A DNA stretch of 44,261 bases. Origin: Atractiella rhizophila (taxonomy: Eukaryota). The stretch spans positions 1 to 44,261 of the forward strand of contig MU271563.1 of assembly GCA_021432655.1 (NCBI GenBank). Direction: 5' to 3'. Made by a program: the position numbers and the translations under genes. The notes below the pieces were generated by a model, which was not told the DNA's origin, ran no database searches, and saw only the letters and a program-made list of their open reading frames with translations. This document shows, piece after piece, positions 1-12,848 of the stretch (position 1 is its first letter; every line of letters starts with the position of its first letter).

Positions 1-243
1 GACCGGCTCAAAGTTGTCGCGTGCCTCATCTCTTAAAAGGCAGGCTAACAAGTTTAGCTTGAATACTCCTCTCGCCATCACTGAGCTGCTGTGGGGTAAT
101 TTCAGTATTACTTGCTCTCAGTAAGTGCCCTCTTCAATTCACATACCCTTCTCATCTCATTCTTGCGCAAGAAAGCCATCGAGAACTGGTACCGTCGTTC
201 TGGGCTTCAAAAAAAATCGATCACTGTCAGTTCGAAGTGAAAG

Positions 244-2748
244 ATGGCCTCCCCTACGAATCATGAAGCAAAGGGGAAACTGTCCTTAGAGCAAGAGCAC
301 GACCTTGAGAAAGAAAGTCCAGAATTAGACTCAAAGGATCTAAAGAAATCGACTGGTGGCGAAAAAATTTCAAGCGACCTCGATGCTGCGTTTTATCACG
401 ATTCCATCGAGGCTACTCAGCCTTCAAAGTGGATCTGGCTCGTCTGTTTCGCCGTATCGGCAGGTTAGTCCTTTACATTTCTCCCAGCGTCAAAGTTTGA
501 TTAAAGTCAAATGCAGCTGATGGATTGTTGTTTGGTTGTATGTCCTCCATGCCCAGACAGTAATTGCCTGAAACTCGCTCTTGATAGACGATACTGGTGT
601 GATGAATGGTGTATTTATCACCGTTGGACTTGACCTTCGAACTTCCCACGAATTGACAAGCGGCCAGAAAGAACTGTTGACCTCAATCACTAGGTTCGTC
701 GTCCCAATTATGCACTTTCTCCTTCATGAACACTTGTTAATCTATTATGGATGGCATATAGCGCTGGTGCATTCATATTTGCTCTTCTTGCTGGATTTCT
801 CGCGGACAAATGGGGAAGGAAGAGCGTGATGTATCTCTCAACTGTTGTGTTTGTTATCCAGTCCGAGGTCCCTTCAGCTCACTTGCTGACGCATATTCCT
901 ATACAGATTTGTTCTAGGATCAGTCTTGCAGGCAGTTTCGTACTCCTTCGCCCAGGTACGTATACTTCGTTCTCGCTCCTTCCAGCACCAGCTCAATGAG
1001 TCTGAATTTTCGGTAGATGGTTATCGGCCGTTTGATCGTTGGGTCCGTCTACTGTCTTTATTCCAGCACGTTCAACCTAATCTCTCAATTCTGGACTAGA
1101 TTTGGAGTGGGCCTGGCGTCAATGGTCGTCCCTCTGTTCATTGGGGAAGTAGCACCACAACGATATAGAGGTCGTTTGGTTGTAGTCGGTTCGTATTTTG
1201 AAATATGGGTGGACGTGAAACCCTCTGCTGATCAGTTTTAATTAGATGTACTGTGTATCACTGGTGGCCAGCTCATTGCGTATGCAATTGACGAGGCTTT
1301 CTATCACGTGCACAAGGTTTTATCTCGTTTCCTCCTCTTGTCCAGTGCAACATGCTGAAATGGCAATCTAGGGATGGAGGTACATGGTAGCTCTCGGAGG
1401 TTTGCCTTTTCCCCTCTGTGTCCGTCAGCACATCTCATTATGAGATCAGCCATCCCTGCGATTGTCCTTTTCTTCCTCCTTCCCCTGATACCCGAAACAC
1501 CCCGCCATCTCATCCGAAAGGGGCGAGACTCAGACGCACGCGCCGTGATCAAGAAGACTTTTCCGTTCGCAACCGACGAGCAACTGGACCATAAGATTGA
1601 GCTGTTGCGAATGGTCATCCTCTCCAGCCCAGATGGAGGTCAAGGCAGTTGGTGGACTTCAACGAAGGCTCTCTGTAAGGAGATGTATACTAAGGTTCTT
1701 CTTCCCACTTTCTGTCTCTTGCATTAAGATATCGAAACTGAAGGACGTGTTGAATCACCAGGGCCCTAATCTGCGAGCACTCGTTTCAGCGTGTGGTTCT
1801 ATGGCTTTTCAGCAGTTTTGTGGGTTCAATACTCTGGTAAGCCTTTTCTGACAAGCGAGGAACATGTTATTGATAACCCGCGCCATAGATGTACTGTGAG
1901 TGGATTCCTTAGATTACCCCAGAGCGACCCTCATACGAGCAACTCTGCAGACTCGGCGACCATCTTCCAGACAGTTGGCTTCACCTCTAACCCGCTACTC
2001 ATCTCGCTCACTGTTTCCGCAACAAACTTTGTGTTCACAAATGTTTCACTGCTCCTTGTCGATCGTATTGGAAGACGACGGATTCTGCTCTGGTCTGCTT
2101 GGATAATGCCTGTTGCCCTTGTACGCTTGGCTACCCTCGCTTTTCTCCTCTTCGGTATGGAAAGGTATAACGGTTGCTTTGAAACCATGAAAGGTAATCG
2201 CTGCAATTGCGTTCGATCACGTCCCCCAGGATGACAGCGGAAATCCAATTACTTCGAATGGTCAAGGCTCAGGATGGGCGAGCAATTTGGTACTTGCGAG
2301 CATGCTGATCTATGTCGCTGGCTACGCTACTGGTCTCGGTATGTTGTCTCCCTCTTCTTTTTGTTGTATAAGTTTCATATGACCTTGTGTAGGTAATGTC
2401 CCTTGGACAACGTCGGAGTTCTTCCCCCTCAGAGTTAGGGCATTCGCAGCTTCCAACATTACACTGTTCAATTGGGGGCCAAACATTTTGGTCAGCTCAA
2501 CTTTCTTGTCACTCTTGCACTCGATTACTCCTTCTGGTGCGTTTGGTCTATACGCCGCGGTTTGTACGATCGGTTACGTCTTCATCTACTTCTTCTTCCC
2601 TGAAGCCTGTGGTCTTGCCATCGAAGAGGTACCATCGCTATTCCAGAACGGGTTTGGAGTAAAAGAGAGCAAGAGGAGGAGAAACGAGAGGCGGGAGAGG
2701 TTGAGAGAGCAGAGGAAGGAGTTGACGGAGCAGAAGACTGTGGGTTGA
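244..2748 (+). CDS. MFS sugar-porter family protein, myo-inositol transporter-like (multi-exon)
   Basis: Spliced exons give [102 protein letters not shown] and FFPEACGLAIEEV, all sugar-porter/ITR motifs. Many ~50-bp GT-AG introns; stop TGA at 2746-2748. Confidence 0.88.
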
Positions 2749-3070
2749 TTTAAAGAGATTGCGTGGGAGAGGTAGGTGGTGAACAAAAAGCTTTGAATGA
2801 TACCTTAATGATACCTCGTCAGCCAACGGCTGAGATGATTGGCGTGTTTGGCGTCTTATCTTACGTGAAGAAATGTTACATGAAGAAATGAGATGGCTTT
2901 TGATGCACTTACATGGCCCTTTTTAGGACTCAGTGAATGCAATCGTCGAAAGGTTCAATAGAACTGCCATATCTGAAACTCTTGTGAGAAAGACGGAGAC
3001 ATATGCTACATCAACCTTCATCAACTTGTTGATACAGGAAACAACGACGCGATCAAGGACGCGACTTTCG

Positions 3071-4405
3071 ATGGAGCGCCAATCACTTTCTCTAGCCGGT
3101 TCTCCATCTTCGAATGCGGCCCAGCGCGTAGATTTTGACACACGTGAGCAGTGGGAACACGTACTGGATGTTATTCGGAAGGATTTGGAGGAGTGCGTTG
3201 AGAAGGCACTTCTGGAGGAGGGAGTTGCTGCAGGAAAAGACGAGGTTATGGATATTGTGAACAAGGTGTGTGGTCTTGAATACGAAGGAAGAGTAGGGGT
3301 AGTACGCTCTGTAGCTCGTTTTGCTTGCCAATAGGCAACACTGGTTCAGACATTCTACTTTTTTCACATCGTTATTGTCTTACGACTTCTGGGGAGATCA
3401 AAACCTCACACATATGAAGCGCCCAACAAAGGTGTCAATCTGAATACTAGCTTGCCTGGCGCACCATCCATTTGCAAGTGCAATCCAAACGATATTCACA
3501 TTTCTAGGGGTAAGAAGCAGCAGTGAACCTCCGAACATTATAAGACCAAACTTTACCGTTTCTCCCTGACAAAACCTGTAGAAATGTACTGTTGCAGGCC
3601 ACCGATCATGGTTATTCTTTGACCTTTATTTCGAGAAAATGGGAACTCTTGGTCTTAAATTCCTTGTTGAGTTGTTTACTACAGTCACTGGACCTCGAGT
3701 TTCTTACTTGGCCTTGAGGGCATATTTGTTCCATATGAAACCGCTGCAAGCCTGGAAGGCCATCACCTTATTAAGAAGTTACAGAAATTGAGAAACAGTG
3801 CAGCGTACGGCATGGTTGCGCCATCAGTTAACACTAACGTAGTGTTCTGCAATAGACCTATCTGGAACCACTCTTCAAGCTCCTCGCAGGCAATACGACC
3901 ATCAACTCCATGCCAAATATTTATCCTAATCACGTAGCGCGACCTCAACTGTACGCACCGAAGAATGAAGAGCTGCATCTACAAGTGGAGAATTACCAAG
4001 AGAAGCTGTTTGGAGTCATGATGAAGAACACCACAGATCGGAAACGACTGCCCGATGAGCTCGGGAACAGCATCGAGAAACTCTTGGGAACCATCGAAGA
4101 AACCTTGGGCTCAAAGGACGACGTAATGATGGAAGTTGTCGAAGATGGTTCGTCCTTCATCTCACTTTAGAATTGCTGATTTAAGGTTGGCATTTTAGAC
4201 AAAGGAATCCTGGCATCAGCGGAGGGTATTAAGCAAGGCATGGAAACTGTTGACGCAGTATTGAAGGTACGCTTTACTCGCTTTCACTTTATATCCCACC
4301 ACTGAAGGATGGCGTCATGCACAGAACCTGCCAGTTCAAATTACGCAGGCAGAACAAGCTGTTCAAGTCCAAAAAGCCTTGCGAGAGCTAAAGGAACGAC
4401 CGTGA
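3071..4405 (+). CDS. Putative Mis14/Nsl1-like kinetochore (MIND complex) protein
   Basis: Exons 3071-3265, 3856-4147, 4199-4266 and 4325-4405 join in frame. RVDFDTREQWEHV...TYLEPLFKLLAGNTTINS...PKNEELHLQVENYQEKL...DRKRLPDEL resembles basidiomycete Mis14-family architecture (recalled, not searched). Confidence 0.6.
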
Positions 4406-5099
4406 CTAGTCTCTCACTATGCCATCTTCTTTTCGAGTTTCGGTGTGCATATTCGACGGAGTGATGTCTCGATGTATTGCTTAACGTTCTGTTATCCTTG
4501 TGCAATGTATTGAGAAGGGCAAAGGGTGTCTGCAAGTCTAGTCAGCATAACGTCACATCAGTTAATACACCTCACGCATAGGGCATTATCCTCTCTGCAT
4601 TACACAGCCGAGTAAAAAATTGATGGCAACCTTTCTGAAAATAGCAAATACAGGAGCAACAGGATTCAGCAACATATAAAATGGCACCCTGACCTACAAT
4701 ACAGCCCTTCCTGTGTTTCACTTCTCGTCAACATGATCAGCAGCACTTGAACCTGCATCCTGCTTCATTCCAGCCTTTGGTTCACCAGGCCGCTGGACGG
4801 TTGCAGGCCCTTTCCTAATGCTGAACCGATGTCGGATTGCTCGGCCTTTGATTTGAAGTAGTGGAACACTAAGAGCATCCATCAGCAAAGCTATTCATGA
4901 TTGAAGCTGGAGAGTGCAATCGACATCAATAGAAACAGACCACACCGTGGAACCCTTTTTACAAGAAAAACTTCGATGTAAAGCAAGTTGGAAACGGTAA
5001 TAGTTGTCATTATGAACTGGAATAAAACAGCAACTTACTGGAAAGTGACTGGATTGAAAAACAGGAAAAATCTGTATCACGGTGGAGACTATGGGAATC

Positions 5100-7150
5100 A
5101 ATCCAGTTTCAAACAGCATGTTTCTCCATGCAAAGCAGTAAGGTGGAAATGAAATAAAGGGGCTAGTGCTATCGGTTTGAAAACATTTTCTCTCATTGGT
5201 TCAGCGATGATTTGGATTGCTCCAATACAGGAGGTGGTCTTGAAAGCATGGATGTTGACCATGTACCACTCATTGGCCATTAAAAAGTTGACGATGGATG
5301 GGATGAAGTAGAAGAAGCCACAGAGATTGGTCAAGCGGCCTAGTTTGATGCACCACCTGAAAATGGGCCATCAACAGAAGAATACTTTGATGAGCAAGAT
5401 GTGGATGATCAGACAAGCTGGAGATTGCAAGCCTACCTAAGCTAGTCCGGAAACTTGGAAAGCTTGCTGAACTCAGAGTGAAAAAGTTTGCATGCTGCAT
5501 AAACTCGTGTTAATTTCAATTGTCCTCTTGTATGAGTCTCATGCACACTGCCCTTATTGCAACAAACCTCGCTATGACAACGACACAAATACAAGGAAGG
5601 TGTTGGGCCAAACACTATGTGCGGTCGCCGACAGGCGATGCGTCTGTAGTGGAGGTAAACCTAAGAGAATAGTATGGCATGAGAAGACTAACCTGTAGTG
5701 GAGGTAAACCTAAGTGAATACTCTAAGGTCACCACCACTACGTCTCGATGTATATATACATATGTAAAGGCACTGTCATAAACGGTAACATATGTTTCTT
5801 GAAACATGTAAGGTAGCTAGATCAGGAAAACAATAAAGGGAATACTTGGAAATAAGATATCCTGAGCAGTACTAGTGAGAAAGGATGATCAGGCTAAAAT
5901 GGGGCTACGTTTTAGGCCAGCAAAATGTATAAGGTTTGCTGTCACGTGACGTATTTGTGTGAGATCGTAGGATCAAGTGGCGAACAGGTCGGCGCTTTGC
6001 GCACGTTCGCGCAATAGGTAAGCACGTGATCCACTGACGTGGTAAAGTGGTCACGTGACTTTGGATGGTATATTCGGTATTGCGTAGGGGCAAGCCTGAC
6101 AGAAGGTGTGGAAGTATATCCCTCTCGTTCCTCAACTATGGGCAGCAATGGGCAATGAGGAGATGGGTGAACAAATGTTTTTTTGGAGCAAACACACAAT
6201 CAGAAAGGGAAGCCATGTAATCTCCTTGATGACAAGCATTATTAAAGGCTCAAGAGCAGATATGTTGTGATTGATGGGGAGAAACAGAAATACAAACCTT
6301 TTGAGGACCCAAGATATATCGCTCTAGGATTCTATTCCGATTGATTCTAGCTCTTCAAATATAGAAAATATGACTGCTGGCCTGGGATTGTTTATGATCT
6401 CAATCTTTATCCTACTCAGTCTTGCCACCACAAGAATTATCTTTCCCTGGTCCTTCATATTGGACTTTATGCATCTGGCCATTGAGAACATGACTAAGAA
6501 CTTGCGCATATTTGGAGTCTTGAAGGAGTTTGATAAGGATAATAAGGAAGATTATGTGATTTCGAAGGAGGATTGGTGTTGATGGAAAGGACATCGAAAA
6601 CGCAATGAAGATGATCCCATCCTCTGTTGGACAGCACTTTCACCAACTTCATGATGACCGTTCGAATCTTACTACAGAGGATTTTGCCAACTTTGTTATC
6701 TTTACCGGACCTTTTATACTTTGAGATCATTTAAAGCAGCCTTACTATCAACATTTCTTGGACTGGAGGACAATAGTCCTCCCATGTGTCCAGTATTTAA
6801 TGGAGAAGCAAGATCTCTGTCAGAGTTGAGGGAAGAACTAACAAACTAGGTGGTAAAGTACCAAGTGCTCTACAACCAGTACACGTATGATCACCTTCTG
6901 GCCTGTCCAATATTCTTCACTCTCTCCTCCCACATTGTAGACTATTAAGACTAGCTTAGACCTTCATAGGCAACTTGGACATTTAGTGGTGAACGATACT
7001 TGTGGAGCATGAAAGCTACCTTCGCTCACACATTCATCCCTATGCCAACCCTATCAATCACGGCAATCAGATTCCGTCAAGTTGCTCTTTGGTACCTCAT
7101 TCACCTTTCCACAGCTAGTTCCTCCTCTAACTCCTTTGAAACTGTATAGG
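5100..7150 (+). pseudogene. Decayed CACTA/EnSpm-type (Transposase_21/Tnp2-like) transposase, interrupted by a solo LTR
   Basis: CPYCNKPRY...RK before the LTR continues as VWKYIPLVPQL after it, then YVVIDGEKQKYKPFEDPRYIALGFYSD, DCWPGIVYDLNL and ERY...HIHPYAN. Many stops and frameshifts; boundaries approximate. Confidence 0.72.
5601..6101 (-). mobile_element. Solo LTR, subfamily A
   Basis: TGTT...GACA ends; perfect 5-bp TSD GAAGG (5596-5600 and 6102-6106); homologous to 7930-8416 and 34057-34545. Confidence 0.93.
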
Positions 7151-7229
7151 AATTACACAATTCAGAAACATCGGGTAATTTGGGTACACAAAGACAGTGC
7201 TTTGGTGTCGCAGTCATAGTACTGGAAGA

Positions 7230-7750
7230 ACGTGACAAAGGATGTCAGAAGATATGTTGAGTCATATTCAAGTTTTAACTGCCTTTTACCTCAAACAGAT
7301 GGACAATCGGAAGTGTTAAAAGAAGCACTCTGTCTATAGCAACTACATATAGGACAATTGGGATGAACTTCTTCCTTCTCTTGAGTTTGAATATAACAAC
7401 GTGAAACATGCCTCAATAAGTTAAATACCTTTTAAAACTTGAAGCTGGTTTTCATCCTATCACACTGGAGCGATTATGGGTACCAGAACTTACAGTAGCC
7501 TCTATGAAAGATTTATTGAAAGCTCGACCTTGACCTTCTGGCTGCCCACGAAAGCCTCAAGCTTGCTTCACTTCAATAAGCCAAGCACAAGGAGCCTACT
7601 CAACATTTACATGTGTTTAAAGAAGAAGACTTAATGAAGTTTTCAACTGAAAACTTGAATGTTGACATCTTCTCAGACTGGAACAGCATTAAACTCTTGC
7701 CTTATTGACTTTTAGGCCAACATAAAGATATTCCCTGTTAGTAATATGGA
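7230..7750 (+). pseudogene. Ty3/gypsy integrase remnant
   Basis: Frameshifted TAF..QTDGQSE and DNWDELLPSLEFEYNNVKHAS integrase-core motifs. Confidence 0.65.
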
Positions 7751-7929
7751 ATCCTTAGAACCATGGTTGGATTAAAATTTGGGTGATCGCGCCTCTTGAA
7801 CCTTCTCCACAATAGTGAGCAGTGTCTCCCTTGACTCCCCTGAACCTCTTGTTCTCCCTTCCTCATCCCTGAGAGCACCAATAACATTTTGAATGGACAA
7901 CTCTTCCTTAGTTGCCAATAACGATCCAG

Positions 7930-8416
7930 TGTCAGGCTTGCCCCTACGCATTATCGAAATGCACCACACGAAGTCACGTGACCTACTTCACGACGTTATG
8001 GGATCACGTGCCCCCCATCGCCGCTTTGCTCACGTACGCGCTGATCGCCGCTTTCCCTATCTCACACGAATCGCCGCTCAGCAAACCTTATACATTTCGC
8101 CGGTCTGCACCGTCTCCATTATTGCCTTATTATCCTTTCTCACTTGTACTGTTCAACATGCCTTATTTCCGAGTATTCCCTTTGTTGCTTTCCTGATCTA
8201 GCTATCTTACATGTTTCAAGAATCATATGTTACAGTTCATGGCAGTGCTTTTAAATATGTATATATACATCGAGATGTAGTGGTAGTGACCTCAGAGTAT
8301 TCTCTTAGGTTTACCTCCACTACAGGTTAGTCTTCTCATGCCATACTATCACTTAGGTTTACCTCCACTACAGACGCATCGCCTATCGGCGACCGCACAT
8401 AGTGTTAGCCCTAACA
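7930..8416 (+). mobile_element. Solo LTR, subfamily A
   Basis: TGTCAGG...CTAACA ends; perfect TSD TCCAG (7925-7929 and 8417-8421). Confidence 0.93.
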
Positions 8417-8859
8417 TCCAGCAACGTTCTTCCAGTACTCCATGAGGTTAAAAATAAGGACATCCGTAATATCGGTATTGGAGATCTGGAGTCCAATCAA
8501 TTTGAGAATCGATATAGTGGCAGAAACTTCTTGAACGTAGGACTCAATTGGCTCCGAGGGTTGTGTTTCGCATTATAGAAACAGTGTTTAAGTGTGATAT
8601 GGTTTGTGCAGCTATTTTTCTTATGCTTGTCTTTCAAAACCTTCTATGCCGCCATCCTGGTAGCTGAATCTCAGATGTAGATGAATTGTGATGGATCCAC
8701 ACTTAATCTGATGATCGTCAGCCCAACCTCGTTCACATCTTTCCAGTTCTTCAGTTTCTTCATCTCCTCCGTAGAAGGCTCCTACCACTCCACTTACTTC
8801 CTCCTAGCAACCATCTCTCTTCAAAACAACGAGACAGCAAATTTTTAGTCATAATAATT

Positions 8860-9960
8860 TGTTTCCATAAGCTTGGAAATAGACTGAATCAGAGAGTTAA
8901 GGTTGGAGTGGACATGGTTGAGCTGATCAAGTGGCCACGAGTGGTTGGTGCTTGTAAATTGAACTACTCTCACTACCATTTGTTGATTCCAAGGTCTGAA
9001 AGAAATGTACTACAACAAAATATTAACGGGCTTTTTATATCTTAAGCAGCTCAGCAGGACATATATAACCTGTAAGGAAGCAAAACTAGTAAAAGACTAA
9101 GAGTCCAAATGGAAGTGGCACAAATGCTGCTCAACGCAGTGCCAAATCCTCACAGAAGACACTTGAAAAACCTAAAAAATGTTCCAAATGCTGTTATAAA
9201 TTATGAAAGAAGCCTTATGACCATTTACACCATAATACCTCAAAGCCTGTCTGGTCTACATATCTGCCATTGTGTTAATGTCTCAAAAATGTTGATATGC
9301 TTTACTTTACTTTTCTTTCAGGAGAGAGTAAATCCATGGTATCAGGAATAGTCAGCTATAAATCTCATCCAATATCGGACTTCTCTTCTAATCCTAAAGG
9401 GCCTTCCTTCAGATTGATATGAACTAGCTTAAGAACTTGTAAACCTTTGCTGGAAAATAATGTGGGAAAAGGCATTGTTTTTGAATCTAAAGTAACTGAG
9501 CCTTGGCTTCTATTTGTGTAAGATTTCAAGAATTCAGTGTTGGTCATTCCATAAGTGGCAACCTTGTTCTTCATTATTACTGTGAACCAAATTTTTTGTG
9601 AATCAAATCTTTCCTTTTCTTAAGAACTTTATAAAGTCTTAAGAATAACAATTGTATATTGCTGTAAAGAGAAGAGTGAGAGGAGATTTGATTTTAACTT
9701 TGGGATATAAAATACATTTCTGATAACTATTGGCTTGGTAGGTTGTTTTAAGCAGGAATATATAGATTCTTTTCTTTTGGAATGGATGATGAATGCAACG
9801 TTTCTGATCATCATTTTGAAACAAATGATGAGATATCATAGGAGCAATGGTTCCAGTGTCTACCGTCTCTCTTTATTAGCAAGTAATGCTTGTACCCTGG
9901 TAGTTTTTCTAGCTTTTACCACTCTTTTTTTTTCTTCCTCAAAGTCACAAGATGATATCT
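8860..9960 (-). pseudogene. Highly decayed Ty1/copia pol remnant
   Basis: VIRNVFYIPKLKSNLLSL matches the copia post-protease 'VLYVP.L..NLLS' motif. The surrounding frames are AT-rich and stop-riddled; limits approximate. Confidence 0.5.
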
Positions 9961-10033
9961 CTTCCTTTTGACTTACACTATATTCATAGAATGTGCAATT
10001 GATGCCTAGGGATGGATTTTTCAAGCAGCCTCC

Positions 10034-10400
10034 TGTCAGGCTTGCTTCTACGCATTACCGAAATGCACCATCTAAAGTCACGTGACCTACTTTACCACGT
10101 CATAGGATTATGTGCTTACCTATCGCCGCTTTGCTCATGCCCGCACTATCCCTGCTTTCCGCTTTCTCACACAAATCGCCGCTCAGCAAACCTTATACAT
10201 TTTCGCCGGTCAGCACTGTCTCCATTTTCGCCTTATTATCCTTTCTCACTAGTACTGCTCAGTATATCTTATTTCCGAGTATTCCCTTTATTGCTTTCCT
10301 GATCTAGTTATCTTACGTGTTTCAAGAAACATATGTTACAGTTTATGGCAGTGCCTTTACATATGTATATATACATCAAGGTGTAGTGGTGGTGACCTTA
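10034..10400 (+). mobile_element. Truncated LTR, subfamily A (U3 part)
   Basis: Starts TGTCAGGCTTG and aligns with 7930 onward, breaking off at ...GGTGACCTTA before the R-U5 repeats. Confidence 0.88.
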
Positions 10401-11702
10401 CGGAGAAGATGGTGACTTCGAGTAAGACCAGATGGACCTAGTGGATGGGAGGAGGTTATTACTGATGGATAACCATCTCAATAGTGTTCAATCTATTGGA
10501 CCAGAGTGGCACCTTCAACCCAAGCAAATGTTGCATCTTCATTGATACCTGTGTAGATTCAACGAACACCAGGTCAAGGTTAGATGGTCAAATCACACCC
10601 CTTTTATCACACTAGAAGATGTTTGATGAGTTCGATTCTGATATTTACAATTCCCTCTATAATGTAGACCCGTTCAAAGTGTTTTTGAATTGCTACACAA
10701 CAGAATAAGATAGATTCTATCGTTCTTTTAGTAAAAAGGCTCAGCTTGATTTTTAATGAGCCATCAGTACAATGATGGAAGAAAGCTGAGTTAGAAGTTT
10801 CCAAGCAAAGGTGATACAAAAAGCAAGACCAGGGCTCCTATATTTATTACTCCTGGTCATGAAGATATTCAGGAAAACTTGAACAGCCTCCTCCAGATGC
10901 GACTATCATTTCATGGTACTCACCCTAGGATGAAGCTTCCTTATCTGATAGTGTTATCATTCGGCAAGGGAGTTGGAAAAGTATCAGATTATTATATCAA
11001 AGGGATTGGGTATCAAGAACTGTATTGTATGGAAATCCCTTTTTTTTCTTGCCAATTTTGTCAAGCTATACGAAGGTCAAGAATGTTTGAAGAAGACTAT
11101 CTGTCATATCGTCTACATCATGTATTCAAATTTGGACGGGACCGCTGAAGGCATCCTGGATGCTCCAATTACCTTCAACGGCATCCAATCAAAGAGTTTG
11201 CTTCACTCCCCAAATACTCTCCCAGTTATCTGATGTAGATGATGAGCATAAATCCTGCCCATGGTCAGGATCATAATGTTTCTTTCTTCCGTCGTCTATT
11301 AGGAGAAGAACAGCCTTCAACCCCGTGCTGACCAAAATCGCCCTGAAGAAATGAGTGAATGACTGTTATGAAGCTTGTCAATTTTGGTTCGATCTTTAAA
11401 AAGAGTTCTATCGAGAAACATTGCTACCAGTTTTTGATAGCAGCAAGCATTTCAAAGAGGCAGCTTGTACTTTGGAAGTGGTCCAGGGGATGTGAGTAGC
11501 ATGCCAAGCAGTCTTAGCATGGAAAGGACTTAGACGAGACGACATGTAAAGGTTAGAAGCTTTCACGACTAAACTTTACAAAGTTTATATTCTTTGACCT
11601 CTTTCATACTAGGTTTACACAACAATGATTTTGTAAGTAAGCTAGGTACAAGACTTAACGCTGTTAGTTGTTGGCAATCCTTATATGATCCAAAGAAGTA
11701 CT

Positions 11703-11924
11703 TCAAACGAGCACTCTAATGATTCTTTCAGGACATTTCAACCATTCTACTCCTTCAGCATATTCATGAGACCGGACTAACACCTCTACAACCAATCTTC
11801 AAACCTCTTCTTATATACATTTCATCTTTTATTAGTTGCAGAGGTGTTAGTCCGGTCTCTGGAATATGCTGAAGGAGTAGAATTGTTGGAATGTCCTGAA
11901 AGAATCATTAGAGTGCTCGTTTGA
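11703..11924. repeat. Fold-back inverted repeat (90-bp arms, 42-bp spacer)
   Basis: 11703-11792 is the reverse complement of 11835-11924 with only a handful of mismatches. Confidence 0.9.
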
Positions 11925-12219
11925 GCTCCTTTTATGTGGTTGCGAAATTGTTCCAGAATATTCTAAACGCTCTAGGCAATGGCAGTTAAGGTTATTCAGA
12001 GAATGTTCTAGGCTATTCTACCATATTTCAGAGTAATGTCCTAGACTGCTCTAAGATGTTCCAGAAGGTTCCTCTCCTATAATGTATGAAGCCTCGAGCA
12101 TTAACCAATAGACAGGTCTTCCATCTTCCTCATTTTCTACCCTACTATCATATGTTGTGGTAGGCCTCTGTATCTAGCATATTCTATTACTATTATATTC
12201 CATTATAATAACTCCTACA
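11845..12219 (+). mobile_element. Possible solo LTR of an unrelated family
   Basis: TGTTAG...CTACA ends, repeated TTCTAG/TTCCAGAA motifs and a TATAA. No TSD found. Confidence 0.3.
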
Positions 12220-12848
12220 AAATCACTTTTTCTCACTTTTTTCTATAAAACTGACATTGGGTCCTAAGGAGGATAGGACCTCTGGATAATGGGAGTCTCA
12301 GAGGCTAGTGTTGTCTTAGCTACAAAGAGATTATTATTAATTTAAAGGAAATATCATGGTTTATCATTTTTAAATAATCAGGATGTTTTTGGGATTTATA
12401 ATAACGTTCTAAGCTTAAGCCAAATGTGATGGCTGAGTAGAGCTCACTTAGAGCTTTAAACAGAGCCTTGGATGGCCTTATGCTTGTTGAAATTTGGTGA
12501 AATTATGATCAATTTTTTAAAATGGTCTCTGTCGATGCTACATACCCGCTGTTTTTCTTGTTTTATGTCTAACTACTTAACGAGACTTGATGAAATTTAG
12601 ATGGCTGAAAGACACTTGTCAGAGCTTTCAATTATTTCAATTAAGCTCTTATCTGTCTGCTTTGTTCCTGGTTTGACAAAGAGTACAAGTAAGGATTCTC
12701 CATACATTGTTTATCAACCTTAGATACATACCAAGTCTTAGCATGCAATTTTTGATGTAAAATTGTCATTATTACTTGTGTTTCCAGAATAGGAAGTTCC
12801 AGGAATTTCCAGTCGTTTTCCTATTTCTTACATAGTTCACATTCAAAG

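Noticed and set aside
2933..3070. Upstream extension of the Mis14-like ORF from a GTG start
   Set aside because: Eukaryotic gene; ATG 3071 gives the expected N-terminus and the extension has no supporting features.
7930..10400. Two same-orientation A LTRs as one element
   Set aside because: The first is a solo LTR with its own TCCAG TSD, and the DNA between is unrelated decayed sequence.
10420..11300. Short ORFs including a TDGS motif suggestive of LINE RNase H
   Set aside because: Too degenerate to assign by eye; no supporting RT motifs recognised.
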